In this document: one piece after another, positions 18,601 through 27,245 of the stretch | Layout of the letters: every line of letters begins with the position of its first letter | Numbering within the stretch: position 1 is the first letter of the stretch | IMG/VR virus record: IMGVR_UViG_3300021364_000005 | DNA length: 64,000 bases | Origin: a virus | Lineage: Duplodnaviria; Caudoviricetes | Direction: 5' to 3' (one strand) | Program-made: the position numbers and the translations under genes | The notes under the pieces: model-generated | Database searches by the model: none | What the model saw: the letters and a program-made list of their open reading frames with translations, nothing else | Told to the model about the DNA's origin: nothing

Positions 18601-21348
18601 TACATTTATATCTCCTGTAATACTAGAGATTGTATTTCCTGCAAGTCTAATATTTCCAGTTTCAATCTTAAAAGGATCAACTGTGCTTGAGTTTACACCG
18701 CTTACAAAATTAATACCTGTTAGTGTTGTAACATCAAATGTTCCACCTTGGAATGTTGTGTTGCCTGTCTGTTGATCTACTGTAAAGTGATCTCCTATTC
18801 TAAAATCACCTCTTTGGTCAACACTTGAATAATAAACACGGCCTCCATTTGCTTCAGTGATTTCGTTTGCTTGTATTACTGCGCTATCATCGTTATCAAG
18901 TCTTTTGCCAACACCAATGTATCCGAAGTTATGAGATACCATTCTCAAACTTGTGTCCGCACCATCGGCTACTAAACCAAAGTTACCGTATACGTTTGCA
19001 GATGCAATTGAACGCATTTCAGCAGCAAACTCTTTTCTATCATACCTTAAAATACTTGTTGCAGTTGCACCGCCACTAAATGTAATTGATGCAGGAGTAG
19101 TATCAAATCCTTCTAAGTCATCTACTTTTCCGTCTTGTACAAGCGTTGTAGAATTTTCAACAGCGTCTACTGTAAGTGTAACTACAGTAGAACCGTCAGT
19201 TGATGTAAATGTAGCAGTATCACCTTGTGCTATTGTACCTACAACTCCGCCTAAAGTAATTCTTGTCTTACCTGCTCCGCCACGGCCTTGTGTACCTGTT
19301 ATACCTTTAATAGCTTCATGTGCAAAATAAGTAAAACAATTAAGCCATTCTACTCTAGCACCGTTTGTCATTATCAAACCAACACTGTTTGGTACTATGA
19401 ACGTACAACTATCAAATAACATTGCCGGTTCAATCGATCCAGTTGCTATACTTGCTCCATCTACTAATGCGCCACGACCAGCATCTCCTGCATCAAAGCC
19501 GTATGGATCATCTGCTGCATTTGTGCCTTGTCTAACACTAGAGCCAAAGTTAGCTACAGTTATATCTTTCATATACGCTGAACGGATAGTTACACTTGCT
19601 GTTGGCTTGTAACGTATTGCATAACCTGTGTCATTAGTTGTATTGTATTCCATTTCACGGATGGTCATACCTTCTATAACTACACCACCGTCTACACGGA
19701 AACAGTCTAAGTCTCTTGTTGCTGCACTTGGTTTTATTTGTGTAGCACGTAATCCTGCGCCTCTAACAGTAACGTTTGCAGGTACATCTAATGGAAATGT
19801 TTCTTCAAATGTGCCTGCAGAAATATTTACAATATCGCCTGTTGTAGCTTGCGATAATGCATATCTTATAGTAGCATATGCATCGTTTGGCAAAGCACCA
19901 CTGTTATTGTCATCTCCGTTTGCTGTAACATATATTACATTACCTTCAGGTTTTACAATATCTATACCCTGAGCTGTAATAGTTCCAGTACCGTTAGCTA
20001 ACAATTCTAAGTTTGCATTAGTATTAAGAGTTCTAATTCTGTTGCCATCGATTTCTATTTCATCTACAACTATTCTTTCTGCATCAACAACACTTGCTTC
20101 AAAGTTTGTTCTTGTTCCATCTTCGCTTACTATGACAAGTCCGCCTGCGCCATTGTCTTGTAGTTGTAGTGTTCCTAGATATATTGTTTGTCCGCTTACA
20201 TATAATGAACGCCATTTTTTAGTAGCACTACCTAAATCATATGTTCCGTCTGCATCAGGTATAAGATGCGATTCAAAATCTGCTGCTACTGTGATAGAAT
20301 CAGTGTCTGCGTCACCTATTGTAATGTTACCACCTAATGTTAGGTCACCTGTGATATTTGCATCACCTGTTAATGTTAATGTAGTGCCATCAAATGTTAA
20401 GTTACCACTATCTTCTATTTCGCCATCTGTTCCTGCAAGCAAAACTCTAGAAGCAGTCAAGTCGCTGACTTTTAAACTAGGTACAACAGTGTCACTTAGT
20501 ATATCAATAATACCAGTTCCTGCTGCTTGCAATTCCATGTTAGCATTAGAATTGTAAGTTTCTATCCTGTTACCATTAATAGCAATCTCGGATAATTTCA
20601 TATTACCGTTTGGATCAACTTCTACGTTTTCGCCTATTCTAGTAGTGCCGCCACCTTGACCAATTGAGGTATTACCACCGTCGTCAATAACTATATCATC
20701 ATTATTACCTAATTTAGTTTCACCACCGTCTCCAGCACCTATCTCTAAATCTTCTCCTGGTCCTGTAGTAATACTACCTCCGCCGCCACCGCCGACTATA
20801 ACTTCACCAAACTGTCCACCATCTCCACTTGCTGGACCGAGTAGTCCTGAATATACAGCACCTTGTATGTAAATAGATTTGCCACTAGTTAATCCGCTAG
20901 GTAAGTTTTCTCCAATAAAATTTAAAGTTCCGGAAGCATAGTCAAAGAACCATTCGTCGTTGTTGCCACTACCTGCTGCAAATATTTTATTCCCTGTACT
21001 TGCAGGATTTGCAGCGCCAGGATTATCTATAAAGACATTTACAAGATAAGTTGCACCAAATTGCGGAGGAATCCAGTTTTCATATCCAGAACTCCATGTT
21101 CTTCTAGGAGTAGCTGTTGCATCTTCAGTTGCTTCAACAGTTTCTAAAGTAACCACACTTGTGCTTGTAGTAGGAATCGTTGCAGGAATACTTGCAGCAT
21201 CACCCCATATTTGGTCTGCCCGTAAAAGCAATCCGCTTGCAATACTTTCGTTAACAGCACTCTTAATACTGTTTACATCAGTTTTTGCAACACCGTAACC
21301 TACTTTTTTCCAAAGCCAGTCAATTTTTTGTATATCACTAATTGCCAT
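12694..21348 (-). CDS. Giant (2884 aa) modular fibre-like virion protein: shared N-domain, pectin-lyase-like domain, 12-aa shaft repeats, PKD-like and C-terminal domains
   Basis: The N-terminus is paralogous to the 3564-aa protein (MAISDIQKID.LWKK.GYGV). A beta-helix-like block lies at about 18800-19950 (IYVTANGDDNNSG, VRGAGLRATQIKP). TLGVTG repeats and WGDG PKD-like motifs follow. The C-terminal ~840 aa are collinear with the 1125-aa protein. Confidence 0.8.
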   Translation of the reverse strand: MAISDIQKIDWLWKKVGYGVAKTDVNSIKSAVNESIASGLLLRADQIWGDAASIPATIPTTSTSVVTLETVEATEDATATPRRTWSSGYENWIPPQFGATYLVNVFIDNPGAANPASTGNKIFAAGSGNNDEWFFDYASGTLNFIGENLPSGLTSGKSIYIQGAVYSGLLGPASGDGGQFGEVIVGGGGGGSITTGPGEDLEIGAGDGGETKLGNNDDIVIDDGGNTSIGQGGGTTRIGENVEVDPNGNMKLSEIAINGNRIETYNSNANMELQAAGTGIIDILSDTVVPSLKVSDLTASRVLLAGTDGEIEDSGNLTFDGTTLTLTGDANITGDLTLGGNITIGDADTDSITVAADFESHLIPDADGTYDLGSATKKWRSLYVSGQTIYLGTLQLQDNGAGGLVIVSEDGTRTNFEASVVDAERIVVDEIEIDGNRIRTLNTNANLELLANGTGTITAQGIDIVKPEGNVIYVTANGDDNNSGALPNDAYATIRYALSQATTGDIVNISAGTFEETFPLDVPANVTVRGAGLRATQIKPSAATRDLDCFRVDGGVVIEGMTIREMEYNTTNDTGYAIRYKPTASVTIRSAYMKDITVANFGSSVRQGTNAADDPYGFDAGDAGRGALVDGASIATGSIEPAMLFDSCTFIVPNSVGLIMTNGARVEWLNCFTYFAHEAIKGITGTQGRGGAGKTRITLGGVVGTIAQGDTATFTSTDGSTVVTLTVDAVENSTTLVQDGKVDDLEGFDTTPASITFSGGATATSILRYDRKEFAAEMRSIASANVYGNFGLVADGADTSLRMVSHNFGYIGVGKRLDNDDSAVIQANEITEANGGRVYYSSVDQRGDFRIGDHFTVDQQTGNTTFQGGTFDVTTLTGINFVSGVNSSTVDPFKIETGNIRLAGNTISSITGDINVTPAGTAVINLSADTSVSGTLTVGQDLTVNGDTNISGNVDITGNLVLGGNITIGDADTDSITVAADFESDLVPDADETYNLGSNTKQWKNLFVQNIEAGELTIEDISINGNRIETINSDSNLEIDTAGAGTIELQSDTNITGDATVSGTLDVTGDTTITTVTASGLASLDGGINVNDLYNVATNGNTTIGATLDVTGDTTLANLDAQETTLSSATVSDLTTGRVVLAGTAGAIEDSGNLTFDGTLLDVTGNVTLSGTLDVNTDATIATAKIEDLTAGRVVLAGTGGEIEDSGNLTFDGTTLGITGNIDVSGDVTIGGNIQIGDADTDAITVAADFESHLIPNEDETYDLGSATKKWRNLYVAGQTIHLGGIQLKEENGGFKVVDASGNEMDITGGTIFADRLIGEDITIDGNRIQTNSSNSDLEFATAGTGTLELLTDTNITGAATVSSTLGVTGATTLSDTLGVTGATTLSSTLGVTGATTLSDTLGVTGATTLSDTLGVTGATTLNDTLGVTGATTLNDTLGVTGATTLSSTLGVTGATTLSDTLGVTGDTTLSSNATVGGTLGVTGATTLSSTLGVTGTSTLADTNITGILTVTGSISVDNIDIDGSTIGASTDITIDPNPTGTGGTLNVAGALDVTDNATVGGTLGVTGATTLSSTLGVTGETTLASAIVSDLTDNRIVLAGTSGAIEDSADLTFDGTTFDIGQGNFTVASATGNTAIAGTLDVTGASTFATVELGNLTAGRVVLAGTNGSVEDSANLTFDGTTLTTTALALDNITIDGNTIATTTGTLTIDPTPAGSAGTVTIQGDLQVMGTTTTINSTVTTLDDPILTLGGDTAPTTDDTKDKGIEFRWHTGTDAKVGFFGFDRTDEKFTFIPDATNSSEVFSGTAGNVKFGNIDAVDINATGNVTIGGNITIGDADTDGITIAGEFDSHLIPNDTHTYDLGSDTKRWRDLYLSGNSIYLGDVTMSQHSGGMMVHMPGTSTMMDLYAAQVNAGTLLLDNIRVDGNLITTTESNSNLELATGGTGSVDLLADTNITGTLDVSGTVTTGDLNALAFTANTIESTGNTTVGSNLIVNDDILTHSLKISDNRITALNTNDTLELAAAGTGAVDVVGKFTVGSTTEVEEILDEDDLVSDSDTAIPTQQSVKAYVDANIGAVQGGLSGDQITLGDPTDSSYTDGAYKLLSGTGNIAEAMDQLNETMLNVANNTFVRSVTFTGTPLAGGEGTSVTLTIVKEGNPNNYDIDWGDGTTETVTSLTPSHTYTSNTNSPYTVVVRAYHSDGAGYGSEATQTREDYVIIYTADPVMAFRLYRASSGGTALTGNDLYVNEGDSLYMENITTNTTMADVTYSMDWGDGTTADAIGSDADAGGVLGARLQHTWGTGTATGNGTDTLTLSLLTHTTATPSIFPLTVTEDLKVYDPNITAPDGLGTKTLIVQESINSNPRLAYGFTDNTGSSTLTAGSTVKRTNSTVAVFTKAQPTFAYDADSGDLSALVDGTNAGTITLSSSDNTGSATSLEIVEESDYNLLNTDGSDLSFSSTIYTPNLYKGFKARVNHDASTFAAGIHTFQLEHSVTGSTNVEEFVHDPIGDATVLAGTVVEGTAGTKKYISGVPYYAGGNTVILQNWQVEDFCGQVYNDYSTGWGHPVTVSSGTDYEGTSDVVAVIQNYTLAQMSNPSNPMLNGSNVIANVGTGGTPYTMNNITVNVAGATDQISIANLQVRSANVNGFSDYVDSNEKIQVHTAAQTGINETAIPVSDSLGATYTDDGKRSAAFLSETTSTPAFNGATNFYTSNVFTEASDPGVEGTQEATVRLGVLKHDTTNYSTFLPAGPNRTGDSGTQYFTFAFRRSAVSKFRINITSSGIGGLWIAVPGSTTDTTSGLNGWLRADTAFGGSGAPGSSTGGNGSDGVADGPANRILSNTSLSGNYQMTLGTVSTTSATGNVVLVRIALNAGNSITSLSILEGA
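16860..17272 (-). repeat. 36-nt/12-aa coding tandem repeat TTL(S/N)(D/S)TLGVTGA (9 contiguous plus 2 adjacent copies)
   Basis: Visible in the protein and DNA; third codon positions vary between copies. Confidence 0.92.
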
Positions 21349-21358
21349 TTACTTTACC

Positions 21359-24300
21359 CTATGATATAGAAAGTGCTGTTACACTTTCTCCTGCTGCTAA
21401 TGCTATCCTTACTAAAACAACATTACCTGTCGAATTAGTCATGTTTTCTGTACCTAATGTCATTGTAAATCCGCCGCTCAACGACTGTCCAGGAATAATC
21501 CTTTCACCACTATTTGATGCACAGCCGTTAGAACCATTACCACCTGCGCCTGCGCCTGGTACACCGCTACCGTTATAAACTGCTGATGTATCTAGCCAGC
21601 CATTTATAGTACTAGTTGAGTCTATTGCTGTTCCCGGAGCAGCTATCCAACATCCTGTAATACCTGATGAACTTGTTATATTAATGTCAAAGTTTGCAAC
21701 AACTTGACGTCTAAATGCCATTGTAAAATATTGTGTTCCTGTGTCTGCACTTCTATCAGGTCCTGCAGGAAGCAAAGCACTATAATCATCTACATTATGT
21801 TCAATTACACCATAACGTACGGTTGCTTCTTGTGTACCTGCTACTCCTGGATCTGCTGACTCTGTATAAGGATTGCTTGTGTAAAAGTTTGTAGCACTGT
21901 TAAATGTCGGAGTATCACCTGTTGCAGATGCTAGATCAAATATTCTAACAGCATCATCTGTAAAACCTGTACCTAAACTGTTGCTTACATTTACAGCAGT
22001 TTCATTTATACCACTTTGGTTTGCTGTATGTACTTGTATAACTTCTGGTAAAGTTACATATGAACTGTATCCGTTTATGTTACGAACTCTGTAACGTAAT
22101 TGTTCTGTTACTCTAGCATTATTTGCATTTACATTGATAGTTAAGTCTCCAAATGCATATGGAGTTCCTATACCAGTATTTGCATTTGGTATGCCTCCTG
22201 TTAGCATTGTAGTTGCGCCATCAACGGCTGCATAGTTGTAGTTTTGTTCTACAATTCCACTACCACTTCCGTCTGTATCTGCACCGCTTGTTACTTCTAT
22301 AACATCGTTAATATTAGAATATGTTTGTCCTACTAAATTTGTACCTGTTGCACCACTTAATGTTAAGCTGGCTCCTACATTATAATATGGAATTCCGCTA
22401 ACATAACGCACTGTACCTGCGTTTGCTTCAGTTAACGTGCCTCCTGCTGCTACAGGATTTGCAGTTAAATCATCTTTTACAAATTCAACCGTGTTTGTGT
22501 CACCTGTTATACTATGACTTAGCTGATAACTGTTAACGCCTACTGACAAACTTGATCTAGTTTTGTTTACACCAGCAGTAAATCCTTGGTACAATCCTGG
22601 ATGATATATGCTACTGTTAAAGTTTACTTGGCTACCGCTTGCGTTGTAAAGATTAAAATCTGCTTCTAATGGAACAGTAAGAGCAGAATATGTTCCACTG
22701 TTACTACCTGAAGTAAATGTTACAGATCCATCAGCTGTTCCGTTAACTAGAGCTGATAAAGTTCCTGCTGCTGCATCATAAACAAGAGTGCTTAATGTTT
22801 GTGTTTGAACTACTCCGCTATCACCTTCGTATCTAGTAATACTTGATCCTGCTGTTAAACTTGTGCCGCCGGTATTGTCTGTAAATCCTGCTGCAAGTAA
22901 TCCAGTACCGTCTGAGCCTGTTAAATTAATTGTTTTAGAACTTAACCCAGCAGGTGCTGCAATATTAGGATCGTATACTTTAAGTTGTTTTGTTACAGAT
23001 AAAGGAAAGATTCCTGGAGTAGCAGTGGTATGCGTATCTAATCTTAGAGTAAGAGTGTCTCTGCTTGTTCCTGTATTTGTACCTGTAGCCCAAGTATGTT
23101 GTAATCTTGACCCTGTTACGCCTCCTGGATCGTTATCACTTGCTATAGCATCGTCACTTGATCCATCTCCCCATAGCATAGTATATGTAACATCTGCCAT
23201 AGTTGTATTTGTTGTATTGTTCTGCATATACAGGCTGTTGCCTTCAATCACATATAATGTAGACCCGCTTAATGCAGTTCCGCCAGTAGCAGCATTGTAA
23301 AGATCAAACAGCACGTCTGGATCTGCTGTGTAAATTATTATATAATCTTCTTGCGTTGCACTTGCTTCACTGCCATAGCCGCTGCCTTGATTGTTAAATG
23401 CTCTAACTGTAATTGTGTAAGGACTATCTGTATTTGAAGTATATGTATGACTCGGAGTGCTATCTGTTATTCCTAAGTCAACACTACCGTCGCCCCATGT
23501 TACATCATATCTATTAGCTGTACCATCAACTGTTAAACTTAAAGTTACTGTTGTTCCTTCACCTCCTGCTGTTGGTGAGCCAGTAAATGAAATTGAACGC
23601 ACATATGTTGCATTCCTAATGTTTAACATAGTTTCGTTAAGTTGATCTATAGCTTCTGCTATATCACCGTCTGATGCTATCGCAGTATATGCACCGTCTG
23701 TAAATGTTCCATCACTAGGAGCACCAACTACAATTTGATCACCTACTAAAGCGCCTACTGTATCTGAGATATTACTGTCTACATATGCTTTTATGCTTTG
23801 TTGTGTTGCTAAAGCAGTAGCACTATCACTTACTAGGTCGTCTTCATCAAGGATATTATCAACACTTATACCTGCATTTATTCTTAAACTTCCAATTACT
23901 TGAATTAATCCTGTACCAGATGCAGTTAATGTTAAATCGCTGTTGCTTGCTGTTGTCTTAATAACATTGCCGTCGATCTCAATGTCATCATTAATAGTAA
24001 TTTTACCTGTTCTAATAGGCGAACCAAAAACAACATCACCTGTGCCTGCTGCATTAATAAACAAATCGCTGTTGCTAATAGTTGTTTGTAATGTATCACC
24101 AGTGATTAAAATGTTTTCAGCAATTCTTGCACTATCAGCTTCGGTTAATCCACCTAGTTCGCCTACTAATTCACCATCTTCGTTAAATACCTGTAAACTG
24201 CCGTCACCTGAATCTTTTAATTCAATTCCACCTAACGTAATTGATTGCCCTGATAGGTAAATATCTCTCCATCTTTTAGATGCAGAACCTAAGTCATAAA

Positions 24301-24736
24301 CTTCTGTTTGATCAGGAATAAGATGACTTCCTATATCTGCTGCAAAAGTAACAGTATCAGTATCAGCGTCACCTAAGGTAAGGTCACCGTCTGCTGTTAT
24401 AGACCCTGTTGCATGAAGATTACCTGTTACTTCTACGTTGCCGTTTAGATTTATAAAGTCTGTTCCTGTAGCTGCGCCAATGTTAATATCGCCTACAGTA
24501 GTTGAGATAGAGTTATTATCTAAAAGAAGATCATCAATTGTTAGAGATCCTGCTCTTAGTTCAGTTGCGTTGATTGTTCCGGTAACGTCTAATTCGTATC
24601 CAGGAGTGCCGTTGCTAATGCCAATGCGATCATTTGTGACATCAAGGTATAATAAATTTGTGTTTACTGCCAGATCATCGTCACGTAAGAGATTGCTCTT
24701 AAGTAACGGACCTGAGATTCTTCCTACATTGGCCAC
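21359..24736 (-). CDS. 1125-aa virion structural protein with PKD-like (WGDG) domains
   Basis: GTG start with SD GAGGAG. YDVTWGDGS and YTMLWGDGS motifs. C-terminal ~840 aa are paralogous to the 2884-aa ORF. Confidence 0.75.
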   Translation of the reverse strand: MANVGRISGPLLKSNLLRDDDLAVNTNLLYLDVTNDRIGISNGTPGYELDVTGTINATELRAGSLTIDDLLLDNNSISTTVGDINIGAATGTDFINLNGNVEVTGNLHATGSITADGDLTLGDADTDTVTFAADIGSHLIPDQTEVYDLGSASKRWRDIYLSGQSITLGGIELKDSGDGSLQVFNEDGELVGELGGLTEADSARIAENILITGDTLQTTISNSDLFINAAGTGDVVFGSPIRTGKITINDDIEIDGNVIKTTASNSDLTLTASGTGLIQVIGSLRINAGISVDNILDEDDLVSDSATALATQQSIKAYVDSNISDTVGALVGDQIVVGAPSDGTFTDGAYTAIASDGDIAEAIDQLNETMLNIRNATYVRSISFTGSPTAGGEGTTVTLSLTVDGTANRYDVTWGDGSVDLGITDSTPSHTYTSNTDSPYTITVRAFNNQGSGYGSEASATQEDYIIIYTADPDVLFDLYNAATGGTALSGSTLYVIEGNSLYMQNNTTNTTMADVTYTMLWGDGSSDDAIASDNDPGGVTGSRLQHTWATGTNTGTSRDTLTLRLDTHTTATPGIFPLSVTKQLKVYDPNIAAPAGLSSKTINLTGSDGTGLLAAGFTDNTGGTSLTAGSSITRYEGDSGVVQTQTLSTLVYDAAAGTLSALVNGTADGSVTFTSGSNSGTYSALTVPLEADFNLYNASGSQVNFNSSIYHPGLYQGFTAGVNKTRSSLSVGVNSYQLSHSITGDTNTVEFVKDDLTANPVAAGGTLTEANAGTVRYVSGIPYYNVGASLTLSGATGTNLVGQTYSNINDVIEVTSGADTDGSGSGIVEQNYNYAAVDGATTMLTGGIPNANTGIGTPYAFGDLTINVNANNARVTEQLRYRVRNINGYSSYVTLPEVIQVHTANQSGINETAVNVSNSLGTGFTDDAVRIFDLASATGDTPTFNSATNFYTSNPYTESADPGVAGTQEATVRYGVIEHNVDDYSALLPAGPDRSADTGTQYFTMAFRRQVVANFDINITSSSGITGCWIAAPGTAIDSTSTINGWLDTSAVYNGSGVPGAGAGGNGSNGCASNSGERIIPGQSLSGGFTMTLGTENMTNSTGNVVLVRIALAAGESVTALSIS

Positions 24737-24866
24737 ATCAGCTCCTCAAATACGGCGATCCTGTCGCTCCAACCACTTTTTCATCCGCTTGGTTACGGCT
24801 CTTTGCGGGTTGACCACAGTTTGACCCTGCAACTAGACCAAGTTTGTTGCATTAATAGTATTTATC
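24737..24866 (-). promoter_or_regulatory. Late promoter (GATAAATA, 24859-24866) plus a structured 5' leader of about 115 nt with a predicted H-type pseudoknot
   Basis: Hairpins UGCAAC/GUUGCA, CCGU-AACCAA-GCGG (loop complementary to UGGUU at 24771-24775) and GCGA-cagga-UCGC just before the SD. Confidence 0.6.
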
Positions 24867-24871
24867 CAATC

Positions 24872-24903
24872 AAAAAAATAAGGGCTAGTAACTGCCCTTA
24901 TTT
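24872..24903 (-). terminator. Intrinsic terminator after the 175-aa gene
   Basis: AAATAAGGGC-8 nt loop-GCCCTTATTT followed by a T-run. Confidence 0.85.
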
Positions 24904-25425
24904 GTCGAAGTTATGAATAACTGTGATGTTCTTTCCTGTAGGGGGAGCAGTACCAAAATCTAAATAATATCCTGCTGTTTTTCCTGCAGGATTTTGTACT
25001 AATGTATAGTTTGTTGTAGGTACTTGGTATACGTTTTCGATAAAAACAAATAAACTTTGTGGGTTGTTTGCAAAACTTGTAGGATCTTCTGGATCTTGAT
25101 TGTCTAAAGGTCCAAATTGTGTTTCTACATCATCAGCACCAGTAAATGTTTGTTGATGAATTACTGTAGCAGTACCCATTCTTATCTTTTTCCAGTCGCC
25201 TCCAATATATGCTTCCAACTTTCCATCTATAGGATCGCCTGGATTTGACTCGATTAAATATCTCATCATACCTTCTTCTGGTACAAGAGGTCTTTCAGTA
25301 GTATCACCTCTAGGCACAGTAACACTTTTTCTACCTTCTAAAGAAAACTCTCCATTAGGTCTAACGACATAACCTCTGCCTTCGACATTTTTAATGTTTG
25401 TTACTTGTTTTCTATAAAATTTCAT
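24898..25425 (-). CDS. Small structural/fibre-associated protein (175 aa)
   Basis: TVPRGDTTERP...EGMMRY...LEAY.G..WK motif, typical of phage fibre connector modules; lies in the late operon. Confidence 0.6.
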   Translation of the reverse strand: MKFYRKQVTNIKNVEGRGYVVRPNGEFSLEGRKSVTVPRGDTTERPLVPEEGMMRYLIESNPGDPIDGKLEAYIGGDWKKIRMGTATVIHQQTFTGADDVETQFGPLDNQDPEDPTSFANNPQSLFVFIENVYQVPTTNYTLVQNPAGKTAGYYLDFGTAPPTGKNITVIHNFDK

Positions 25426-25770
25426 TTAAATTTCCACGTAACTTAATGTGCCTGATAAGTTGTTTGGTGTTGTACTAAACACTACAATGCTGTCTCCAGC
25501 TTCTAAAACAATTTTTTCAGTATCCATTACAAATGTTTCACCAGCTGATAAAGGTAATTCTTTAATTACCATATTAGCATTTCCAATACTACCTGTGCCA
25601 CCATTGTTTACAATGTGCATAGTTAGCTTTGTTAAGCCCGCTAGGTCATTTGTAGGGTCTGGTGCTGCTGTATTAACTATCATTATAGTTGTAACAACAT
25701 AGCTTTTATCAACAGGAACAGTAATTATTGTTTGTGCTGTGTTAGTTATATCTAAATTATTAATAGCCAT
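25426..25770 (-). CDS. Small beta-rich structural protein (114 aa)
   Basis: SD AGGA, stop abuts the next start, beta-strand-like pattern (LSAGETFVMDTEKIVLEAGDSI). Confidence 0.6.
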   Translation of the reverse strand: MAINNLDITNTAQTIITVPVDKSYVVTTIMIVNTAAPDPTNDLAGLTKLTMHIVNNGGTGSIGNANMVIKELPLSAGETFVMDTEKIVLEAGDSIVVFSTTPNNLSGTLSYVEI

Positions 25771-25780
25771 TTACTTTTCC

Positions 25781-26752
25781 TTAAAATATTAGTCCAAATA
25801 GCACAGCAGTTCTATAACTTGCAAGTTCACCTGTCCTAGTTGCAGTTTGATATTTAACACCTGTGTCTTTAATACTTGTTGTATCGTGATATAATTGCAC
25901 ACCTGCTGTTGGAGCAGGTGGAGAGCTACCACTTACATCACTGTCTATTTGTAAAACATCGGCAACCTTAACGACTCCTCCTCCAGCAGCAATAAGATTT
26001 AAGTCATCGCCACTATTAGTTGAACTTATTGTAGTTCCTTGTATGGTTAAATCGTATATACTAGCTGAAGATGTACCGTATACTGCACGGTTGAATCCAT
26101 CAACTTGTATTCTTACAATACTATCAACACCTGTATTATCAAAATCTTCAGCAGATACTAATGTATCTCCTTGTGCAATCGAGCTAGGAGGGTTAGCACC
26201 TGTAAAACCAGTAATATAATCAATTACCCATTTTCTATTTGGTATATCGTCGTCACCTACAACATAATTTTCGTAGTCAGCAGCCATAGCTCTAAGAGGA
26301 TTACTACCTGCATCAAATACAAGAGGACCTCCTCCTGAGTCTATGCTATTAGTTACAATACCTGCTGTATTTTCTGTGCCGTTACTGTCAACTAGTTTAA
26401 ACTTAAATGCGCCTAATCCTTGTGTTGCGTTTACAGGATCATCATAAGGCGCACTCTCGTCAAAAACTAATCTGGCATTTGGTAAATTACCACGCACAAT
26501 TTCAATACCTGATTCGGCAGCAATACCACTTCCTGGTGTTATTCCCAATCCAGTTTCATTAATATTTAAACGAACAATTCTATCTTCAACATCTAATTCA
26601 GTTGTGTTAATAGTTGTTTGCTCGCCTTGGACAATTAAATCACCTGAAATAATCACTCTACCAACATCAACACCTGTATGTAATACAATGTCGCCGCCTG
26701 GTTGAACTGCTATTCTATAATCGCCGCCGGGTATATCAAGCATTTTACTCAT
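25781..26752 (-). CDS. Structural protein (323 aa) sharing the GDL.V.G..TT.NT module with the giant fibres
   Basis: GDLIVQGEQTTINTTELDVEDRIVRLN matches modules in the 3564-aa ORF. Confidence 0.65.
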   Translation of the reverse strand: MSKMLDIPGGDYRIAVQPGGDIVLHTGVDVGRVIISGDLIVQGEQTTINTTELDVEDRIVRLNINETGLGITPGSGIAAESGIEIVRGNLPNARLVFDESAPYDDPVNATQGLGAFKFKLVDSNGTENTAGIVTNSIDSGGGPLVFDAGSNPLRAMAADYENYVVGDDDIPNRKWVIDYITGFTGANPPSSIAQGDTLVSAEDFDNTGVDSIVRIQVDGFNRAVYGTSSASIYDLTIQGTTISSTNSGDDLNLIAAGGGVVKVADVLQIDSDVSGSSPPAPTAGVQLYHDTTSIKDTGVKYQTATRTGELASYRTAVLFGLIF

Positions 26753-26766
26753 ACGTCATTATGCCT

Positions 26767-27153
26767 TTATTGTGAGTCTACGTTTGCACCTGCATCGTCT
26801 GCACCAGGATGCTCGCCTGCTGACCAACTTACTTTTGCAACATCAGCTGTTCCGCCTTCGTATTGGATCTTACGATTGTAAAATCTTGTAACTTGAACTG
26901 TTGATGAATCGTCAAGTGTTGCGTGTACTGTAAAATCACCTGCTACTAATGAAGCATTTGCTTTATTAACAAGGGTTAATACTTCTGATGTTGTACCATC
27001 TGTTACAGTAAATTTGTTTGCTGATCTTTGGTTTACAATCCAAGCTGGTGTTGTTGCACCTGCTACTTCACTGCCACCTGTAAAAAAGTAACGTGTGACT
27101 AGGATTTTGCCTGCGCCTTGACCAAAATGTCTTTTATTTAATGGACGTCCCAT
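26767..27153 (-). CDS. 128-aa late protein, possible head decoration protein
   Basis: Strong SD AAGGAG and its own TAAATA late box. Function is inferred only from position downstream of the capsid gene. Confidence 0.6.
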   Translation of the reverse strand: MGRPLNKRHFGQGAGKILVTRYFFTGGSEVAGATTPAWIVNQRSANKFTVTDGTTSEVLTLVNKANASLVAGDFTVHATLDDSSTVQVTRFYNRKIQYEGGTADVAKVSWSAGEHPGADDAGANVDSQ

Positions 27154-27245
27154 TTGTTTCTCCTTTTTGACGTTCTAAGTCTACGGGGTTGGTTCCCCAT
27201 AAGTCCTCATCAAGAGGTTCTCCTCTGACAATGTATTTATCAAAA

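Noticed and set aside
384-24824. Dozens of plus-strand ORFs (up to 545 aa) opposite the giant genes, and similar antisense ORFs elsewhere
   Set aside because: They are shadows of biased codon usage in the real strand; they have no SD or promoters and V/P/S/L-rich nonsense composition.
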